64,000 nucleotides of DNA, from NCBI GenBank assembly GCA_964430885.1, contig CAYSHM010000004.1, positions 64,001-128,000 of the forward strand. The letters run 5' to 3'. Source of the stretch: an uncultured archaeon (lineage in GTDB: Archaea > Thermoplasmatota > Penumbrarchaeia > JASLWR01). Below are positions 59,058 to 64,000 of this stretch, piece by piece. Below the pieces are notes generated by a model. It had not been told where the DNA came from. It saw only the letters and a program-made list of their open reading frames with translations, and ran no database searches. Within the stretch, counting starts at the first letter, position 1; every line of letters begins with the position of its first letter. The translations under genes and the position numbers were made by a program.

Positions 59058-62000
59058 ATGTCCGGAAATAATGAGAATATTAGAACAAATAAAAGGTTGA
59101 TACTTATTTTGGTTTGTCTGAGTTTATTGCTCCAGGCCTTAGTAATTTATTTTCCAGCGGAGTCGCAGGGTGAAACTGTAATTTCGAGGGATACTCATAT
59201 CAATGGGGAACAGATCTGGAGTTTTTTAGGAAGCCCATATATTATCAAGGGAAATGTGTATGTGGATAATAATGCCATTTTGACCATAGGGGCCGGAGTA
59301 ACAGTGAAGTTCGATGAGGATGCCCAGATGATAGTCAACGGAGGACTAATAATTGCAGGTATTTCAAATAATCCAGTAATTTTCACGACAAATTCAACAG
59401 TACGGCCCGGACCTGATGAATGGAATTATCTCGGCCTCAATCCGTCCGATGAAATTGTTAGCATAGATAATCTCACCGTTCGATACAGCAGGTACGGTCT
59501 CCGCTTTGCCGCAGGATGCAATGGAGTGGATTGGCATTTCAATAATATCCTCGTAGAGACGGTGAACACAGGGGTTTTTATGAATGCGGTGGATAAGATC
59601 AAGATAGATAATATCGAGATCCAGAATTGCCAATGGAAGGGAATCAGTATGGTTGGATCCATCAATGTGACTTTTAATAAATTCAATATCACAAATACCC
59701 TTCAAGCAGGAATAATCCTCGACAATGTTCAGGATTGTGTTTTTCGCGATGGGGACGTTAGTAATTCCGATACGAGCGGCATCACAATGATTTCTACAAG
59801 TAATAATAACAAGGTGATCAATACAAAGTTCCATCGATGCAAAGCGGGTGTTACAATATATTCAGGGTCCCGAAACAATATCATAGATGGATGTGAAATT
59901 TATGAAAATCTTGAATCAGGGTTAGATACGCCAACTGATAACGGAGCGGTTTTCAGAGATAATGAATTACATTCAAATCCTGAAAATTTTGCATTAACTC
60001 CACATCAAAACTATGATCTGACATTCCAAAACGTCAATACAGTGGAAGGCGACCCGGTAGTAACTCTGGAGGATACATCAACATATGAGGTAGAGGGATC
60101 CCGGCAATCTGTTGGTATGCTGATAATTAAAAACTGCAGTAATATTGGGGTTTCAGGTCTGTACCTTCAGAATAACACTCCATCAATACTTGTTCATGGT
60201 TCTTCCAATATCAGGATTGGCAATTCAACATTTTCCTCCTCTCCCGAAGGCCTTCGTACCTATCAATCAAATAACATTCATATCAACAACAACACCTTCG
60301 ATCTTCATGGACTCCCTAGTGCAGGGGTTTATGTGGAATACTCCAACCAGATCAACATATCAAAAAATCGTTTCTTTGATATACCTGACGGCAATGAAAA
60401 TAATAATCAATCAATAGGGGTCGCTATAGGTGAGAGCCATCATATTTGGGTGGATGGCAACGCCTTTGAAAACGTTACTACTGCTGTTGCAGCCGGAATC
60501 GATTCCGGCGATTGTGATAGGTTATGGGTGGCGGATAATAACATCATTTCACCGAAAATAGGTCTTCTCCTGGCAAATGGACGTAGGTATCACGTAATGA
60601 ATAATAGGATTGACAACGCAGAAACAGGTGTTATGCTCCTGATAGTTACTCAAAGCGAAATTAGGGATAATGGAATACTCAATTCGGAAAACTCCGTTGT
60701 GCTATTAGGGGTGAATTGGACAAAAATTGTGAATAACCTGTTCCAGGATTCGCAGAGAGGTTTGAATCTATCGATGTCGCTTAATAGAGGCAGGGGTGGA
60801 ACAAGATGGGTCTTACCTCCAGATTTTTTCAAGTCTGAAAATAATTCAATTTATTACAACGTTTTCAAGGATATAACAGATCCCCTTGTGAGAGGATTTG
60901 AGGAAGTTAAGAACTTTTGGAACCATTCAGAATTCCTTGAAGGGAATTATTGGTCTAACTACATGGGAGCTGATGACGGCAGCAATGGGGCTGTTCCCGG
61001 AGACGGTATAGGGGATACGCTGCTACCCCATGAGGACGTTGACAATTACCCATTCATGGAGGAGTGGGGATGGAGACCTGAAGTTCCGGTTATTGAACCT
61101 ATCCCGGAGAATTCATTCGATGTTGAATCCATAGTTGTCAATTGGTCCGAATCAAGCCAGGCTGAAGGATATGTCTTGCATATTTCGGAGGACGAGTCTT
61201 TCCAATATTTCAGAGAGATAGGGTCCCATAACAACTCAACAGAAGTATCCTTCATCGGTGAAGGTCATAAATATATGAGGGTGATTGCTGAGAACCAATA
61301 TGGTTTCAGAGATTTCTCGGATATGGTAATGACTAATTTCCAGCTGTCACCCTTGGAACCATTCAATCAAAGCGTTTCATTACCTCCTGAGGGCAACAGC
61401 ATCAACTTCAGCTGGGAATCAGTGCCAGATCTCAATGTGGAGGCCTTTGAGATATTGTTCTTTGAAGGAATTGAAACTCAATTTCCTCCCACTTCACCTT
61501 ACGCTTCTGGCTGGATAAGTACGAATGTCAGCCAGGAACAAAATTGGATATTGATTGAGGGTTTGGAAAATGGAATGAACTATACATTTACGGTTCGTGC
61601 ACTTGATAGTTTTGGACTCATTTCACCTGTGACAATATTAATATATGCCGCACCGCAAGATATCACACCGCCTGAAGCTCCAGGTCCTCTTACAATTGGA
61701 ACCCTTGACGCTTATTTCGTGGAGTTCAACCTGTCACCTCCTCCATCGGATGATATCAAGGAATACAGACTGTACAGGTCCACAGGGACCAGAGCTGTAT
61801 CCCTGGCATCCACAGCAACTGGCAATTCAACGGTCATTGCAGATGACAATCCCGTTGCAGGCAATTCCCAGTATGCAGTAGCTGCTGTTGATCATTCGAA
61901 CAACACTTCTCCTTATTCCCCATGGATTAATGTGACAGTTCCCTCGAAAAATTTTGCCCCTATCTTAAGCTCGAATTCATCACTGTTCTTCATACATATG

Positions 62001-63653
62001 TTTGAGGATAAGAAATATGAGGATTACAATCTGAAAAATCTCTTCATGGATCCTGATAATGATACCCTTGAGTTCGGCTATTTGGCCCGGGATAATTTAA
62101 CAGTTATTGTGGATCCTCTAACCGGCAATGCTACATTGACACCAGCTGAAAATTACTTTGGCCCCCTTAATGTCACATTCTATGCTAATGACACTGAATA
62201 CAATATCAGTGCTACTATTGATATTGATGTGGAACCTGTCAATGACTGGCCCATGATCCTTCAATTACTATCTCCCGCCCAGGGCGAGTCGGTTCTTTGG
62301 GGTTCACGGTTGCCTCTTGCTGTCAATGCATCGGATGTAGACCTTCCAAAAGGGTCCAGTTTGTATATATCATGGGTTATTCCGGGTAGAGGCATTATTG
62401 CCAATGGAGCGGATGTGATCTTAGACACTTCATCACTTTACCCGGGGGATTATCTTCTGATAGTGAATGTTACCGATGATCAAATGGCATGGGTCACTGC
62501 CAATGTATCCTTCAGCATTCTCCATATATTCCAGGCTTTAGGGGGGAGCGGGCCAATAGAGTTCAATGCAGGCAAGAGAACAGATTTTGAAATTGAGTTC
62601 TCCTACCAGGGTGAACTCACCGATAATGCAACAGCCTCCATAATCGTTGGATCGCCACTTTCAGATCACATTACTGTTGTCGAGGTTTTAAAGGATAACA
62701 ATTCCAAGAAGATCATAGTGAAAGGCTACGCCGATGTCCCCGATGATCAGGAGATCAAGCAATACAATGTCACACTTTCCATCAAGGTTGGCGGTAATGA
62801 AGCGTTTAGACATTCCATGAAAGTCAAGGTCAGCTCTTCATCCGGACCTGATGATAAAAAGGACGGCTCTGATGATGAGAGCGGGGGCGGATGGATTTGG
62901 CTGCTAATCATAATTGTTCTGGTTCTGTTTGTCGTAGTAGCTATAGTAGTAATTCTATTGAGAAAGAAGAGCAGGTCCGATGATATGCCTGGAGATGATA
63001 TGGATAGGGCCGATCCTGACTATGAAGGTCAGGGTGAGGATGCAGAGGACACAATGGCATATGAGGATGAATTCGATGATGGAATTGGAGGGGAAGCTAT
63101 TCCGGAAGAACCTTCCTTCATTGATGAGGAGCGGATGGATGGTGAAGATATTGAACCGCCTGCAGATGTTCCTGATGCATATCCTGAACCCGCCCCTGAG
63201 TCCGAATTTGAATCACTACCTCCAGTTCCGGAAGAGGAACAAGATGTGCCGGCCGCTGCGGAACCTATTCCTCCTGCAGCTGGCGCCCCGGTACTGAAAA
63301 GCGGCCATATGACGGAGGGTAAGTCGCCCAAAGAAAAGGTCCCGAAGATAGCAGTGGCCGAAACCTCTTTCACCTGCCGTATCTGTTTCGGAGTGGTCAA
63401 GGGAGGATTGCCGATAATCAAATGCAGATGCGGAAAGATGTATCATCAAACATGTGCGGAGAGAGTCGGCGAATGTCCAGGATGTGAATTTGATTATGGC
63501 AATTGGGATGGATTGAAGGAGGATTTCATCCCCACTCCTTCGGAAGACGATGATCTGGGGCCTGATACTGAGATGTCTGAAGATCAGGAAGAGGAAGTAC
63601 CTGCCGGAAAACAACCCAAGGCGGAGGACGATATGTTCAAGATAGATCTTTGA
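59058..63653 (+). CDS. Single-pass surface protein: parallel beta-helix (NosD/PbH1), FN3 repeats, cadherin-like domains, TM, acidic/Pro tail with a C4HC3 RING/PHD-like finger
   Basis: GSPYII, NN-rich PbH1 repeats, GNYWSNY..GIGD..DNYP cap, GLENGMNYTFTVRA FN3, TM + RKKSR, CRIC..CRC..H..C..CPGC; ATG 59058 after GAGGTGA (ORF open from 59046). Confidence 0.87.
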   Translation: MSGNNENIRTNKRLILILVCLSLLLQALVIYFPAESQGETVISRDTHINGEQIWSFLGSPYIIKGNVYVDNNAILTIGAGVTVKFDEDAQMIVNGGLIIAGISNNPVIFTTNSTVRPGPDEWNYLGLNPSDEIVSIDNLTVRYSRYGLRFAAGCNGVDWHFNNILVETVNTGVFMNAVDKIKIDNIEIQNCQWKGISMVGSINVTFNKFNITNTLQAGIILDNVQDCVFRDGDVSNSDTSGITMISTSNNNKVINTKFHRCKAGVTIYSGSRNNIIDGCEIYENLESGLDTPTDNGAVFRDNELHSNPENFALTPHQNYDLTFQNVNTVEGDPVVTLEDTSTYEVEGSRQSVGMLIIKNCSNIGVSGLYLQNNTPSILVHGSSNIRIGNSTFSSSPEGLRTYQSNNIHINNNTFDLHGLPSAGVYVEYSNQINISKNRFFDIPDGNENNNQSIGVAIGESHHIWVDGNAFENVTTAVAAGIDSGDCDRLWVADNNIISPKIGLLLANGRRYHVMNNRIDNAETGVMLLIVTQSEIRDNGILNSENSVVLLGVNWTKIVNNLFQDSQRGLNLSMSLNRGRGGTRWVLPPDFFKSENNSIYYNVFKDITDPLVRGFEEVKNFWNHSEFLEGNYWSNYMGADDGSNGAVPGDGIGDTLLPHEDVDNYPFMEEWGWRPEVPVIEPIPENSFDVESIVVNWSESSQAEGYVLHISEDESFQYFREIGSHNNSTEVSFIGEGHKYMRVIAENQYGFRDFSDMVMTNFQLSPLEPFNQSVSLPPEGNSINFSWESVPDLNVEAFEILFFEGIETQFPPTSPYASGWISTNVSQEQNWILIEGLENGMNYTFTVRALDSFGLISPVTILIYAAPQDITPPEAPGPLTIGTLDAYFVEFNLSPPPSDDIKEYRLYRSTGTRAVSLASTATGNSTVIADDNPVAGNSQYAVAAVDHSNNTSPYSPWINVTVPSKNFAPILSSNSSLFFIHMFEDKKYEDYNLKNLFMDPDNDTLEFGYLARDNLTVIVDPLTGNATLTPAENYFGPLNVTFYANDTEYNISATIDIDVEPVNDWPMILQLLSPAQGESVLWGSRLPLAVNASDVDLPKGSSLYISWVIPGRGIIANGADVILDTSSLYPGDYLLIVNVTDDQMAWVTANVSFSILHIFQALGGSGPIEFNAGKRTDFEIEFSYQGELTDNATASIIVGSPLSDHITVVEVLKDNNSKKIIVKGYADVPDDQEIKQYNVTLSIKVGGNEAFRHSMKVKVSSSSGPDDKKDGSDDESGGGWIWLLIIIVLVLFVVVAIVVILLRKKSRSDDMPGDDMDRADPDYEGQGEDAEDTMAYEDEFDDGIGGEAIPEEPSFIDEERMDGEDIEPPADVPDAYPEPAPESEFESLPPVPEEEQDVPAAAEPIPPAAGAPVLKSGHMTEGKSPKEKVPKIAVAETSFTCRICFGVVKGGLPIIKCRCGKMYHQTCAERVGECPGCEFDYGNWDGLKEDFIPTPSEDDDLGPDTEMSEDQEEEVPAGKQPKAEDDMFKIDL

Positions 63654-63920
63654 TCGCCTGCGAATAATCCAATGGCATTTATTACTGGTATCCTTCCTGT
63701 ATTTACATCAGTTATATTGATTGGAGAAATGAAGGAAATATAGGTATAGTAATTTAATTGGTTTAGTAGGAGATTCCCTGATTTTCTTCGGCTCTTTCAG
63801 CTCTTTCTTTGTTTTTTTTATATCTAATAGAAAATTAAAACTATGAAAACGTTTAATTCTCACGAAATCTAATATGTTTAAATCAGATTGAAAATCATAA
63901 TGCTTATGCGGAGTGTTAAT

Positions 63921-64000
63921 ATGATGTCGTTGAAAAGATATAGTATTCTATTGACCGCTTGTTTGTTGGTACTGCCAGGTCTATTGATATATTTACCGGA
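63921..64000 (+). CDS. Start of a probable secreted protein, truncated by the window edge
   Basis: GGAGTG SD, MMSLKRYSILLTACLLVLPGLLIYLP signal-peptide-like N-terminus, open to the window end. Confidence 0.55.
   Translation, partial: MMSLKRYSILLTACLLVLPGLLIYLP

Overview
Chromosomal window from an archaeon, most likely an uncultured Thermoplasmatota lineage. This is inferred from archaeal r-proteins L10/L12 ending GLGALFG, Spt5, DUF2070, GGR, RAD55/KaiC paralogues and the style of the surface proteins. The left end is the conserved ftsZ-secE-spt5-rpl11-rpl1-rpl10-rpl12 cluster, with a clear L1-binding leader hairpin, followed by nfeD/SPFH. Scattered housekeeping genes are a bacterial-type enolase, mre11-rad50, a GGR-family reductase, tRNA-Thr(UGU), a CDF transporter, MscS, Maf and DUF2070. 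About half the window encodes very large membrane-anchored surface proteins: a transglutaminase with roughly 50 Ca-binding DxDxDG repeats, a thioester (CTEQ) alpha-2-macroglobulin-like protein, a TIGR03790 protein split by a carbohydrate-binding insert, a beta-helix/FN3 protein with a cytoplasmic RING/PHD-like finger, and tandem cadherin/PKD paralogues. Several have long cytoplasmic tails ending in PPPP-x-stop or in Zn fingers. Two cytoplasmic proteins share a helical repeat (strict 66-aa period in one; the other starts with a beta-propeller), and a KaiC/RAD55 triad is present. The best candidate for an undescribed system is this receptor-tail / Zn-finger / helical-rod ensemble together with the covalent (thioester and transglutaminase) surface chemistry; the functional links are inference only. 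No CRISPR array, IS, integrase or rRNA was seen. All family calls are by eye from motifs; no databases were searched.
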